From assembly GCF_006345805.1 (NCBI RefSeq), contig NC_042998.1, positions 183,148,001-183,212,000 on the forward strand: a DNA stretch of 64,000 bases, in the 5' to 3' direction. Each line of letters opens with the position of its first letter. Within the stretch, counting starts at the first letter, position 1. Positions 1 through 13,559 of the stretch are shown here, piece after piece. The translations under genes were made by a program, and so were the position numbers. Source of the stretch: Octopus sinensis. Its lineage: Eukaryota. The notes beneath the pieces are model-generated. The model ran no database searches. It was not told the origin of the DNA and saw only the letters and a program-made list of their open reading frames with translations.

Positions 1-1360
1 AAACTATTCTTGCCAGAGATTAATAAATTTGTACCTTACAAAAGTATAGAGTAACCCTTGAAATTAATGTAAAATTGTTTTTATTATAAATGAACATAAA
101 AACAGACATTAATATATATTTATGTATATATATATATATATATATAATCATCTGTCATCCATCTTCCATGGTCACATTAAAAGATGATGATGAAGATGAT
201 ATACATGTGTGTATATACCTTATACATACATACACACACATGCATTTATATTATATGTAGATATATGCTGTGTATTATATGTGAGTGTGCATGTATGTGT
301 ATATACATATAAGAATGTATATGTGTGTATATATATATATATGAATGTATATATTTATGCATAAATATGAATGTTTATGTATATATACAAATATATATAT
401 ATATATATAACATGTACATATTTTATTGTCATATAATTTTTATTGTTATGCATATATATGCATCACACACTATATCATCTTCTTTACTATTTTACATCAA
501 TAGTTATGATATATATGTATGTATGTATGTAGTAATACGAATGATTTCACATAGGTGTTTCACAGATGGTTGATAGACAACAAATGTGCACATTTAGGAT
601 CTATGAAGAAACATAGCAATGACAGGTGTGGAGGAAGTGAGTTCTGCATGCAAAGCCATTCGATGAAGTGAATAAAAAAAATTAGCATTTTTATAGGGGA
701 GAATACTTATATCAATTTCATATTAATAATGCAGAGGATGTAACTCATGGACAAAAGAGTTGTGTCTTCAGCAAGAGAAGAAGCAAGGGTAGAAGTCGAT
801 ATAAAAAGGCAGAAAAAAGGGAGAGACGTGAAGTAGCTCCTGAATGATGTGTGATTCAGAAGCTATGAGAAGTAGAACATCACTACACTGGCCAAGCACA
901 TATGGGCTCTGAAGGAGATCCCCAACTATGACACGGTATCCGATGGCGATTATTAGAGAAATACAAGTCTTATTCCAATGGTAGAAGATGTGGACTGATC
1001 TTAGAAAAGAAGTAATGAATAGTTAAATTCTCCTGCACAACCAGTGTAAACTTAAATGCCAAGTTGAGACAGTTATACCTGGCTTACACAAACAGAAGTA
1101 CATTCTCAAGTACTGGTCTAAGCTGCCATAGGCAAGTCAACACCAATGTTTCTTCATTCCCTGTGACTTCTCATGGTCAGCTCCCCATGCACTTCATTCT
1201 TTCATGCCATCATCACATCATTTCTTTGAACGTTCATTCCTCTCTCCCTCCTTTTTTATTTCTCCCCTTTCTTTTAATTGTCCCCCTCCATTTTCATTCT
1301 CTCTCTCTCTCATCAGGAATATAACTCTTCAAATATCAACTGAGTTACACTGTTAACACA

Positions 1361-1667
1361 TCTTTATATATAAAATTGAAGTTGTGTGTGTGAGACTCTG
1401 TCTCCTCCGATTTAGATTCCTAACTACTCCCACATTTTGCAGTGCAGTTTAACCAAAAGCGGGTATCTTATAGTCGTCATTCATATCGAGCCCTTCTGGG
1501 TATTAGCGTGCGTCTAGAATGAGTCTACGATTTAAAAAAAAATTTACCATCATTTTTCCGCATTTTTAATGATTTTTGCTCGGGTTATATAAGGGAAGTA
1601 ACTCTCTAAAAATGCTTATATAGTTATTTCCCTTACAAATCTGAGCAACGCCAGGCGATACTGCTAG
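1361..1667 (+). mobile_element. Non-autonomous Helitron
   Basis: A|TC 5' end, GC-rich subterminal segment (gagcaacgccaggcg), CTAG|T 3' end, no TSD. Confidence 0.8.
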
Positions 1668-3034
1668 TAATAATTAAAATACATTTTCCTTAAAAAAATG
1701 TTAATTTTCCTATTCCCTTTCGTCAAAGGTATTATGTGCAGAACTCACTTCATCCAAAGCTATTTTAGGTGTAGTCATCCTCAGATCTTAAATGTGCACA
1801 TCCTATGTGAAATATGATGTGAAATCATTTGTTTGTATGATTATTATTAAATAATACATCAATACTATTTCATATAGCTGCATGTTCATCATTGATGTGT
1901 GTGTATGTATATTTGGCTATGAACCACACCTCCTCACATAAATACATGTGAGGGAGAGGGGTGAGAGAGAAATACTCAATGAAACAATGAGAGGAGAGCA
2001 GCTACAAAGGGGATAACTATGTAATTGAAACAGAAGCCACTAACTCTTTCTACCTCCTCTAACTTTTACTTTCACACTTGTACTTCATAGTGCAAGTGTT
2101 TGTGTGTGGTGTGGTGTGGTGTGTGTGTGCAATTTTGCTATTTTTTTTTATTATTAATTTTTTTCCTCTTTTCTTTGCATTTTTTTTTGTTTTTTGATTA
2201 TTTTTTTTCTGAATGCTAAGATAGAAAGCAAATTTAAATATTCTTGTGTGTGCATCTGAGTATGTACTGTAATAGAATTGCTTGTGACAAGGAGAGAGAA
2301 CTCTATACACAGTAGAATGGTGTATATGACTTACATATAGTAATATATTTACTCAAGCCTGGTAATGTTTCATTTGGTTATTTGATATCCCTGAGAGAGC
2401 TATTCTTGAAAAACCAGAATACATTCATATCATCTTTTAAGTGGCTGTAATAGAAGTATTTGCTTCTTGTTATGTGCAACCTCATCCACGAACAGGTAAT
2501 TTACTTTTAAGCTAACAAGTTGCTCCCCTTAGATTCAGCAGATGACAAATTATTTGAAAATAATTTAATATCAATAAAACTTAGAAACAAAAAATAGGAT
2601 TATTATTTGAAGGAGAATGGGTGTTTAACACCTAGTTTCTGAGAAAGGAATATGAATGACTCAGAGAGGGTGGGATCACCCATGGGATCACCCTCTCTTA
2701 ACCATCTATATTTCGGATATCATAGGAGATTCTATATGAGCTTGTGTTTTGTTAAGAGTTGGTGAAAGGCATGACCACATTAAATCTGGGGTAGAATCAT
2801 CAGGATTACAAACCAGCAGGCAGATTTCATTGTCACTGTCCACCTATTTAGTCTATTGGTGCAAAGGGCTTCCAAACTTTCGAGAAAACCTGTTCACTTG
2901 TTTAAAAATACTGAGCAATATAATGCTTTTCTCTACTGTAACATGTATATAAGAACTGCACTCATAGAGATATACACGCACACACACATATATATATATA
3001 AATAAAGGTATATTAAATACTTTACTATATAGTT

Positions 3035-3262
3035 ATTTCTTTATTACCCACAAGGGGCTAAACACAGAAGGGACAAACAAGGACAGACAAACGGATTAAA
3101 TCGATTACATCAACCCCAGAGCGTAACTGGTACTTAATTTATCGATCCCGAAAGGATGAAAGGTAAAATCGACCTCGGTGGAATTTGAACTCAGAACATA
3201 ATGCCAGGCGAAATACAGCTACGCATTTTGCCTGGCATGCTAACGTTTCTGCCAGCTCGCCT
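3035..3262 (-). mobile_element. tRNA-derived SINE with conserved core ggtcgactttgcctttcatcctttcggggtcgataaattaagtaccag
   Basis: Reverse complement of the 62012 copy; possible TSD tactatatag. Related copies near 23215-23370, 49620-49850, 55850-55910, 57420-57980. Confidence 0.8.
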
Positions 3263-5204
3263 TATACTATACTATACTATATAGCATTTAAATTTATCTC
3301 TGCTTTCAGCAAAGATGGAGTAGTCACTGGCTGGAAAGTGGGGTTAATTCCAAATATGAAGGGAAGAGAATCTTTGTTGAGGCAAAACACATCCACAACT
3401 GTCTTCTCTCTTGTCAACCAGACTGTCTTTTCCTTAATGGCATCTTAATTTTAGAAAATTCTTTATTCTTGAGACCATATCCTCTTCTCAAATGGAGTTG
3501 ATCTCAATTGCCACCAAATGATTGTTTTATCTTTAGAAGCAAAGATAAATTCAGATAGTTGAAGAATTTACTTTGTATATAGTATACCCCTATTTATTTT
3601 GTTATTCAAAATATACCACTGGCAACTCTGAATTATTTCTCCTTGTTCATTTTTATATCATTTACATACATGCATATTCGTACACACGCATATATGTGTG
3701 TATGTATGAATGTATATATACATACATGTATATACAGACACATAGGCCTAAAATATAAATACATATATGCTACACACACACACATACACGTGCATATATA
3801 TGAGTATGTATGTGCATCAAAATCTCCATAAACTAGAAACCCTTAAATAAATATTACCTTAGCCATAATTAGAATCCCAATGAAGGACAGTCGTGTGGAG
3901 TATGGTATAATATAAGCAACACTACCACCATAAACTAAGAAGGCAAGAACTTCTTAACAACTTCAGTCCCATGAGAATGAAAGACAACTTAGAACAATGA
4001 GAATACAAAATGTAAAAGATTCACAGGCAACAAGCTTCAGCTGCCTAATGGATATCATTATGGTTTTGACACCTGGGCAGCACCATTCAATTCAGCAATG
4101 TCAACAACATTAAAGACTTAAATTATGACTAAGAATTAACAGACAAGAGGAAAAAAGAACAACATTAGTGTAATATGTCCATTATATTTCCATTTTGTTT
4201 TATTATTACGAAATCAAACATCAAATCTCAGGCATAAATTGTTTTATACCTATAGCTACAAAGCACAGAAATTAAATATTCTTTATTCTTTTCTATTCTC
4301 TTATTTGTTTCATTCATTTGACTGTGACCATGCAAAATATCTTCAAAAGAATATTGCTACCTCTAGGATTATAGAACTTAAAGTACACTAGTGTACTAAG
4401 TATACTGAATAAAAAAAAATTTAATCTAGTCAAAAATACTTTACCAAAACATAAAGCAGAAAACAATAATAACCTAAGGAATAACAAGACTAGAACTTCA
4501 AACATATAAATTTACCAAAGAACATAGACCAATACTTATTGCTTCTTTGTGGTATATAACATACATTACAAACACAAAACCATAATTAAAATAAACCAAA
4601 CGTAAACTAGCAGAATAATAAATCACTTGAACTATCTGGCTTCAGTCATCTTAAAGCAATGTGACATAGGAATAAACCAGCATAAATCAATATCAATGAA
4701 ATATTTCATCTAAAACATATAAATAATATAATATAAAACTTGCTAAAACATCCAAATCTTTACGAAAATGCATATTTAAAACATGAAAACAATTAAAACA
4801 GTCTAATTGTAAACCAACTATTAAAAATTCACTTTAATTATTGAAATGATTGAAACTAATATTTTCAACTAAAAACCTATATATTATCTAAAATTGACTG
4901 AAACAAACAAATTGCAATGAAAATATTCATTATTCAAAGTAACATAACACCACATGTTACAAAGAAATTCATGAAATTGCAAATTTACCTCCAACAGGCC
5001 ATTAATAATCCATGAGCAGAAGCCCATATCATATATATATATATATATATGGTAAGACAACAAAAGAATGAAAGAGACCTCGATATTATGTAAATAGAGG
5101 AATTTATCTGTAAATGTAATATATGACAATTATTCGGTAGCCATGTGCATTTATACACTCTGCTTTAATCTCCATGGAAGAATTTAGAACAGCAAAATAA
5201 GCTT

Positions 5205-6866
5205 ACATTTTTACGTTTTGGGGAGGGGCTGCATTAATTTTGGCAGTCGCTCCCTCATTTTCTCTCTGGGGTGCAACTTCTAGTATTTTCTGGACCAATT
5301 CTTTAGTCACATCCAACAAATCATTGGGATATCTTTTTTTACATGATTCGTACAGTTCATCATCTATAACTTTTGCCAGCCTAATATGGGCTGGCATGTC
5401 TTGTACCCACTTATATATGAACACCTGCAGTGTCCTCCAAAAACCCTAGCCATATGTATCTCTCTTTTGATTGGGGATGGGGTTTGGTCTGGGGTTTCGA
5501 TTTGAGAATGGACTGGGGAATTTTTTCTTGTGTGCCTGTGTATGTGATAGTTGTTTTCTTTGTTATGGGAGGGGAGTCAGGGGCTGCGGCTTTTTTTCTT
5601 TTATGTGTCACAACTGTGTAATCCATCTCTCCCGTTTTGTCTTGTTGACTTCCTTTATCGCCATCTTTTGTTTTCTGTGATTTATTTGCCTCTTCTTTGT
5701 TTGTCTCTTTCTCCGGTTTTCCCAGTTTTTTTTCTTCTCCTCCTTGTTGGTTTCCGTACCTTTTTCTTTTAGGGGAGGGACATCTACCTTTTTTTGTCTT
5801 TTTTACCTTTTCGCAGTCTGACCTTACATGTCCCTTCTTGCCACACTTAAAACACCTCGGTCTTTGACCTCCCACTGAAACACGGGCACTTAGTCCTTCT
5901 CCTATAAAGATTCGATCTGAATTTGATTCCAGAACCTCATTTGGGGCCTGTATGACAATTTCCAGGATTTGACCTTTCCAATTAATGGCCTCCCTCCTTC
6001 TCATTTGTAGTATAGTTATTTCCTCTTTGGCATCATAGATAACCGCAGCAGCCAACCATGACACTTCGTACCTGGTTGGTATTTCCTCTATCGTAATTTT
6101 TGCTGTCCTCCTTCCTAAATATGTCGGAAGTAGGATTATTTCATCATTCTCTAATGTTTGAGTTGATATCTGCTTTGCCATTTCGACATCTTTAAAATGC
6201 GCTTCCACTGTAGCGCTTCTCCTTTTCCTATGTACACAATTTTGTCCCATATGGGTGCCAGACAATTTTCCACTGTTTCATTTTTTTGTAGGCATTATTT
6301 TCTTCTCCTTTTTGCTGTAAATTTTATAGATCACCGTTTTAGATGCCAGGCTTTGTATGATCTCTTGTGGTGACAAGAGTCTAGTGTCACTTCCCGTCTT
6401 CTTTATTAGATTTCTGAACTTAAACAGTTGTTCCTTTGATACATTCATTTCTATAAAGTTGCCTCAATGGCTGCTGAAAAACTCAGTTTTTCACTTTCAT
6501 TTGCTTCAACACTTTCCTGCATTGAGGGGGAATCTTTATTTGATTTTAAATCAAATTCCATTTATTGTTTTTAAACATAATATCGTTTTTACAGACAACG
6601 ATGTAAAAAATTGCACACACATTCTGTCACAAATGACAAAAATAGAAAAAAATATTTCACCCTGTACCGGGCAAAGTTCACAATAATTAATTAACAATTT
6701 TCCACCCCGTAGGGTGAAAACGCCACATAACGATGTTGAACGTTCAATTCACACAGGAATCCACAAAACAGTATAACAATTAACAAAAATCGGTAACAGA
6801 ATAATAAGACTCACACTAGCAAAGATTCCAGCAGCAAACGATGTAATGAAGAGGGCAACTCTGAAT
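5205..6866 (-). mobile_element. Non-LTR-type gag/ORF1-like element with CCHC zinc knuckle, frameshifted, no pol
   Basis: ORF 5411-6265 contains CFKCGKKGHVRSDC; frame-shifted continuations at 5203-5424 and about 6270-6520; about 350-bp 5' leader. Confidence 0.7.
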
Positions 6867-9800
6867 GAACAAAATAAAGCTTATAGCTTTATGTATAATT
6901 CAGCCAACACATTGACCAGTTTGCGCTAGATCACTTGATCGAGAAAAATATCAGAGTAATGGTACTAAGCAGTGTTTACGTATAATCATAATTTAGATTA
7001 GTTGAAATATGTTTGTCACATATTTCAGCTGCTAAAGGCATATAGTTCATTATACATATTTACATACATACATACATACATATATATATATATACAAACC
7101 TTAGATCAGTTCAAATATTTTGGGGACATATTTCAACTGGTACAGGCGATTTCACTGCAGTTTATCACAGAGAAAAAAATTCTCACTTTAGGTAAAACGG
7201 TGTAAAGACACCATTGTCAGCATATGCACTCAAAAGCTTGAGTCTAAAGAAAGTAGTGATGTCTTGCATTGAGAAAAAGCTGTTAATAATGGATTTCTGT
7301 TCAACATTTTGGGCAGGGATCTACTTCAAACCAAGACTTGTTATTAAAATCAAGAAATGAAAGTAAAATTAATATAATTCAATGTCAATGAACATGTGAA
7401 TATTCAAGAAAAGTTTCTCCACAAGATGACTTTTGAAAATTTAGAACATGTGTTTTATAACTAGACATCCTTCCAAGTTTTCATTAGCCAATTATGAAAT
7501 AACAGATATCAGTTGAGAGAGATATCTAAACAATTTTATATATATTTCTTATTACAAAGGAACAATTAAAAAAAGCAGTCTAGACAAAACTTTAATGATG
7601 CTGTCAACTGGTCTATCACTTTAACCCCACATATCTGTATCAGTCAGTGTTAATCTTGAATTATAATAATACAGATATACTAAATAAACTATAGATATAT
7701 GAATTCTATTAACATGTATGGCTTTGTTTTTGATTTTTAAATATAATTATTAATGTTTGATTACACACTATTAACTCCATCTGTTATACTGTTATATATG
7801 AACTATTTATATGGTATATTCTTAATCTTCAAGTAACATATTTTAATACATACTCATATCATTGAATTACAATTCAACTTTCAAATTTTTATCCTAATAG
7901 GAATTAGATTCACAGAAAATATTGCTGTGAGTAACAATAAGTTCAACTTTAGCCTTAAGCAATATATATATGTAAATGTTTGTTACCTGGAAAAAAAATC
8001 AGAACCTGTCAATCAAAATATAATGGAAATAAAAACAAAAATATCATGAGGCTAATATGAAAGAAATATAGAAATGTAATTGGTAAAATAACTCTGCTCT
8101 AGGTTAAGTTTCAACCTAAACTGTCATATATTCTTGTATCAACTTTTGCAAACTAAAATTTAATACATGAACACAGTAATATGTCTGTTCCCAGATTGAA
8201 TAAGCCACAATATATAAGAGAGTATCTTATATAAAATTTGTGACACAAACACATATAAACACATAAACAAGCATTGGAATCTCTAGATTACACACATGAA
8301 AGTGATAGCCTCTCCCAAACTTTCATTCTTAACTGGAATGCATTTTTATTAAGGATTTTTCCTTATGTTTTCTTTATTTACAGCTCTAGTTGCATTTTAT
8401 TTTAATTCTTTTCATGACCTTCAGTGAATCAACTATTTTATTGCATGGCTTCTTTCCAAGTAGACTGTTAAGGACAATGAAAAATAAGATTTTATACTGT
8501 ATCATTTTCTTGACATTCAAGCTTTTATTTTTCTTGTTAACTCAAAAGTATTTTTCAACTGAATGAGTTGTGATATCTTAAACTGTTGGTAAGTATGTTG
8601 TTTTTTAAAGAGGTCAGTATCATAGAGAGATATCAGCTGTAGTGATAAAATTGCTGCTGTTGCAATAGAAGCCAAGCCTACCTCTTATCAAATCGATCAT
8701 TACTGATTTTAACCAAAAACAAATATATTGCAGAAATCATTTCTAAAATATTGTACTTGAAAATAAGATAGGAAAGTCACTGTTAAATGATGGGTAAGTT
8801 GACACTAATCATAAGTGACCAAATTACATAGACCCATGTCAACTCTGATTGAGCAAAACCAATAGCATATAGTATGCAAGTAGTTAGTCAAACAACTAAG
8901 TTGACCTATTGATATGTTGTTTCAGTTTATCATTCCTGCACCTAACTGAAAACCAACTGCATATTCTAATATGTAGTGATGAGTTATCCAGAGTGCAATT
9001 TGACTGTAGTTTATGCCGCTGTACTACTGACTAAAGTTCTACAGTTGTTATTGTACAAAGGACAAGGGCCCAAAACATTACATTCTTCATTCCTCACAGT
9101 AATTGAACTCATCAAATGTTTCTAGAAACTCTCTTTTAGACTAATTGTTTCCAACATAAACCATCACCAATTTCTTTAGATTCTAGATTTTAGTTAATTG
9201 ATATTCACTTGTGCCTTTAGAAAACTCTACTTGCTTCAGTTTATCTTTTTTTTTTTTAATTTCTATTATGTCTGTGCATAGGAGTATTGTCTGTCCAATA
9301 CATGAAGAATTACAAACATTTATTAAACTGATGAGATAAATGCAATGTTTGAAAAGTTGGAGTTTATTTTTATTTGATATGATAAGCCAGAAGGCGAATT
9401 GTCTTTGGAAAGAAATATTATGCAATATTTTAGCTAAGCTTAGAATGAAAAGCATAATATGGTTATTGATAACTAGAGATTTAGATCCATTTGATGCTAA
9501 CTATTGAGTAGAGAACCCAGAGAGCATAAATATTCATTGTGCATCTTTTTTTTAAATATTGTTTTAAATGAAAGTGCATGGATGCCATTTTACATTAATG
9601 TATATGATCAGTTTGCACAGAACTGATTGCTTACTCTTTTAAGGATGATATAAGACATCTTTCATTTATAATCTAAGAGTATACTTTTAAAAAATGTAAT
9701 TTCTAATACATTATCTCTGTCCAGAGTTTGAGGCTGAGAAAACTGCACTGCAAATTAATACTTCAAAGACAATCTCTAAATTTGAGAAGTCTAAAATACC

Positions 9801-10566
9801 AATTTAGAGAACTAGCAAAGTCAACAAGTTTTCTTTTTCTTACCAACTTTGGTAAAATTATTTGCTTTCTCGGATGTTAGTTCAGAATTTTGTCTCTAGT
9901 CTTCTGGATCAGTCTTAAATTGAGATTAGGAAAATGTTTCTATTGCAAAAGTATTTAATATTGTATACTTATTTTCTATATTTCATGTGATTTTAAAATC
10001 AATTTCTTATTATTTTAGTACTTTTAATATTTCACTTCATCATTCTATTCAGATGAAAATAAAAAGTGTAAGCATATAGTCTCAGTATAAAGTACATTTT
10101 AAAATATCTTTAATTTTCTGTCAGTGTGTAACACAATCCACATGTAAGACAATAATTATTTGCTACGGGTTGTTTCATGCAGTATCACATGATATATGCA
10201 ACAGTCTGTAGTCAGTGACTGTTTTAGATTTGTGATGTTTAGTTGCATTTCTTCTGAGTTTGAATAATATTATATTATAAGCAACATTGGTTTGGTAGAA
10301 GCATTAGAGATCAGGCAAAATGCTTTAGTCATGTCATCATACATCAAAGTACAAATCTCGCCGAGGTCAGCTTTGCCTTGTTAAATAAAGTATCATTTAT
10401 GAACTGATTTAATATTATTAACTAATCCCTCCTCAAATTATTGGTCGTGTTCCTATATTAGAAATAATCATAATCATTGTTATCATATACTGTCAAAAAT
10501 GTTGCAGCATACTATAAAATACTAACTTAATTCTCCCATCTACTCTTCTACTCTAAATAACAACTA

Positions 10567-11133
10567 CACTTGCGTCGGAAATTAATTAGCACTTCTCAGA
10601 TTTCTACATTTTCTTACATTTTCTTAATTTAATTAACTTATTATCAGAAACGAACTCGTTTTTAATCAAAAATGTATTAAAACATATCCCAGCACACCAC
10701 ATAATTGTTATTAATCGTGAAATTTAGTCAATATCTTGTTGCTCCTCCTTTGGCAGCAATGACAGCTGCTACGCGGGTCGGCATGCTGTCTATGAGTGCC
10801 TGCAGGTACTGTGCAGGGATGGCCCCTCATGCAGCAAGAAGTGCCCCAAACAGCTTGTGTCGGTTCCTGTATTGCTGCACATTCAAATCCCTACCCAATC
10901 GACTCCAGAGGTTCTCAATAGGGTTCAGGTCAGGTGACTGGCCAGCACGTACTCCTCGCCACCAAAGAGGTATCCCGTACTATCTCAACGTACTTTGCTG
11001 CGTTGATGTTGCCTTCGACGGCATAGAGCCGCCCAACACCACTGTAGCTGAACGCCCCTCACACCATCAGACCACCCCCACCATGCTTCATGGTGAGCAA
11101 ATCAAGGGTGCTAATTAATTTCTGACGGTAGTG
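10567..11133 (-). mobile_element. Internally deleted Tc1-like transposon
   Basis: TA-flanked 26-bp TIRs (CACTTGCGTCGGAAATTAATTAGCAC and its counterpart, 3 mismatches); residual TMKHGGG..MV and PDLNPIENLW motifs on the minus strand. Confidence 0.85.
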
Positions 11134-11537
11134 TACATCAACAGTTAGATTTTATGTTTCATTAACATAGACACAAACAGAACTCACTTCTGGATGGTGT
11201 ACATACATGCATTCACTTTTTCAGTTGCAACAATGTATATGTTTTGATGAGGTACAGAGTTAAGTGCCTTGTCTACAATATCTGCGAAGAGACAAACTCA
11301 AGAGCCAAGTTTTGTTAATCTATTCACCCATTGTTTATAACTGTTTTTTTTTTTTTCTTGTGTCTACAGCTGTCAACAACAGACTATTTATACATCATAA
11401 ATTTATCTTTAATTGTATTAATCTTTCTCTGATATCTTTCATTCTTTAGAACAGAAAAGAAAAATATCAAATCAAATCTTTTACCACTTTTGTTTGCTGC
11501 CTCATTTGTTTTTAAATGGAAGGTTACTTTTAATATG

Positions 11538-11539
<2 letters not shown>

Positions 11540-11578
<39 letters not shown>

Positions 11579-11709
11579 TTTTTTTTTCTTCTTTCAAATT
11601 TGCTTCCATTTCTTGCCGAGTGTCTTCCCGACTCCTAGGGCAAAGAAACTCATAGTATACATTGGTAGGCCATTAAACTAAACTCAATAGTTCGTTCATT
11701 TTTTTTAAA

Positions 11710-11759
<50 letters not shown>

Positions 11760-11840
11760 CATCATTATTATTATTATCATTATTATTATTATTATTATCA
11801 TTATTATTATTATTATCATTATTGTTATTATTATTATTGT
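11540..11840. repeat. (ATT)n/(ATC)n microsatellites
   Basis: Trinucleotide tracts at about 11540-11578 and 11710-11840. Confidence 0.95.
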
Positions 11841-12262
11841 AATTATGATTTTCTTCTCTAAATCTGTACATATTTTCTAAAAATGTTTATGATGTATATA
11901 TTTATTTCTATTTGAAATTGTCTTTGACTTTGTTTGCCAGGTTTTCTCCCTTATCCCGTGCAATTTTTCTGAAAATCAGGCTAAAGGCAAATGGGAGAAA
12001 AGTAAGGATGTCATTAATGCAGCATCTATTTCTGCTGCTACTGCTGCTGCTGCTGTTACCGCTATTTCTGCTGCGGTGCATGTTAATATGTTGATATGAT
12101 GAGCTGCTGCACGCAGTCTGTTAGTTGATTTACCATTCATGTGTGTAATTGTTGCTTGCCTTATCTTGCTTCACCAGATCTATATATGTAGACCTCGTAG
12201 CCCACATGGATAACACCAAGCTTCCACTGTTGATAGTCAACCATCTGTTGTGTGTGTGTATG

Positions 12263-12308
<46 letters not shown>

Positions 12309-13559
12309 TATAGATATATATATATATATAGATATATAGATATGTATATATATATAGATATTATTTTATTCCGTTTAGTTCCTTATATTTTGTGCATCAT
12401 TTTTCTTTATATTTTGTTGACATTATTCACTCTCTCCCAGTTTTGGACATTCTTGCCACCTTACATCAAGTTTTTTTAGTTTCAAATCAGGATATCATAA
12501 AATATATATAATAGTAAGTAAAATGATATAACTAAATAAAATACTGACGCCCACTTGACAAACTCATTCTTTACTCCTCATATCACCCATACTGTATCTG
12601 ACCTTCAAGACCTCTTCAAGACAAACTTTTCCAGTCCTTCCTACAAAGATGCCATCTCCTCTGGAATTGCATCTGTCACTCTTCTTTTACATTGTGAGGA
12701 AGATACCCACCCAACCATCCTTGGTTTTCTGTCCCTATATTCTTTCTTTATTCATCTTGTACCCTGAAGGTGTACCCTGACATCTATCTTCGCTATCCTT
12801 TCAGCCTTTCTTGCTAGGGCAACCAGATATTTCCTCTACAGCAAGACATCTGTTTCTGTTACACTGTCATACTTTAGCCTCTCAACAACTAGCACAAATT
12901 CACATCTCTATATACTACATCTCCGCTTTGTCATGTGAGTTACTTGATGATTTCAGTAGTGCTAGTACCATGAGAAAAGCACCCTGTACACGCTGCAAAG
13001 TGGCTGGCATTAGGAATAGCATCCAGCCATAGAAACCATGGCAAAGGAAATATTGATGTGCAGTATAGTCCTCTGGCTTGATAAATCCTTTCAAACTGTC
13101 TACCCCATACCAGCATGGAATACAGATGTTGTATGTACGTAGATATGTGTGTATGTGTGTGTATGTATATTTATATACATGTGTGTATATGAATGTATAT
13201 ATAAAGGGTTTAGCTTTATGGTGTATCATCATATCCCAAAACCTGTTGGCCCAAGGCCTCTTAAGGAAATGCCTCACTACTCAAAGGTAACAACAGAGAT
13301 TATCTCCCTTGGCTACCGGCTATTGACATTAGCCAGCCATGTATGGCAAATGAGAGATGATGGGATTCCATACTAGATCTCATGGAAAGTCCTTGAGAAC
13401 CCAGGCACCTACATCTACAGGACAAAATAATGCATATTATGCATAGGGGAATGGGCAAGAATCCTAAAGGGTTCCCTCAAACCAGGAAACATCCTTAACT
13501 CCAGAACAGAGATTTTCAGGCCATGTTTACATTTCAGGAGATTCCTGTTAGCCTTTTGG

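Noticed and set aside
10705-11118. 137-aa plus-strand ORF
   Set aside because: Antisense shadow of the Tc1 transposase remnant.
11650-11871. Poly-Asn ORF
   Set aside because: (AAT)n microsatellite, no coding context.
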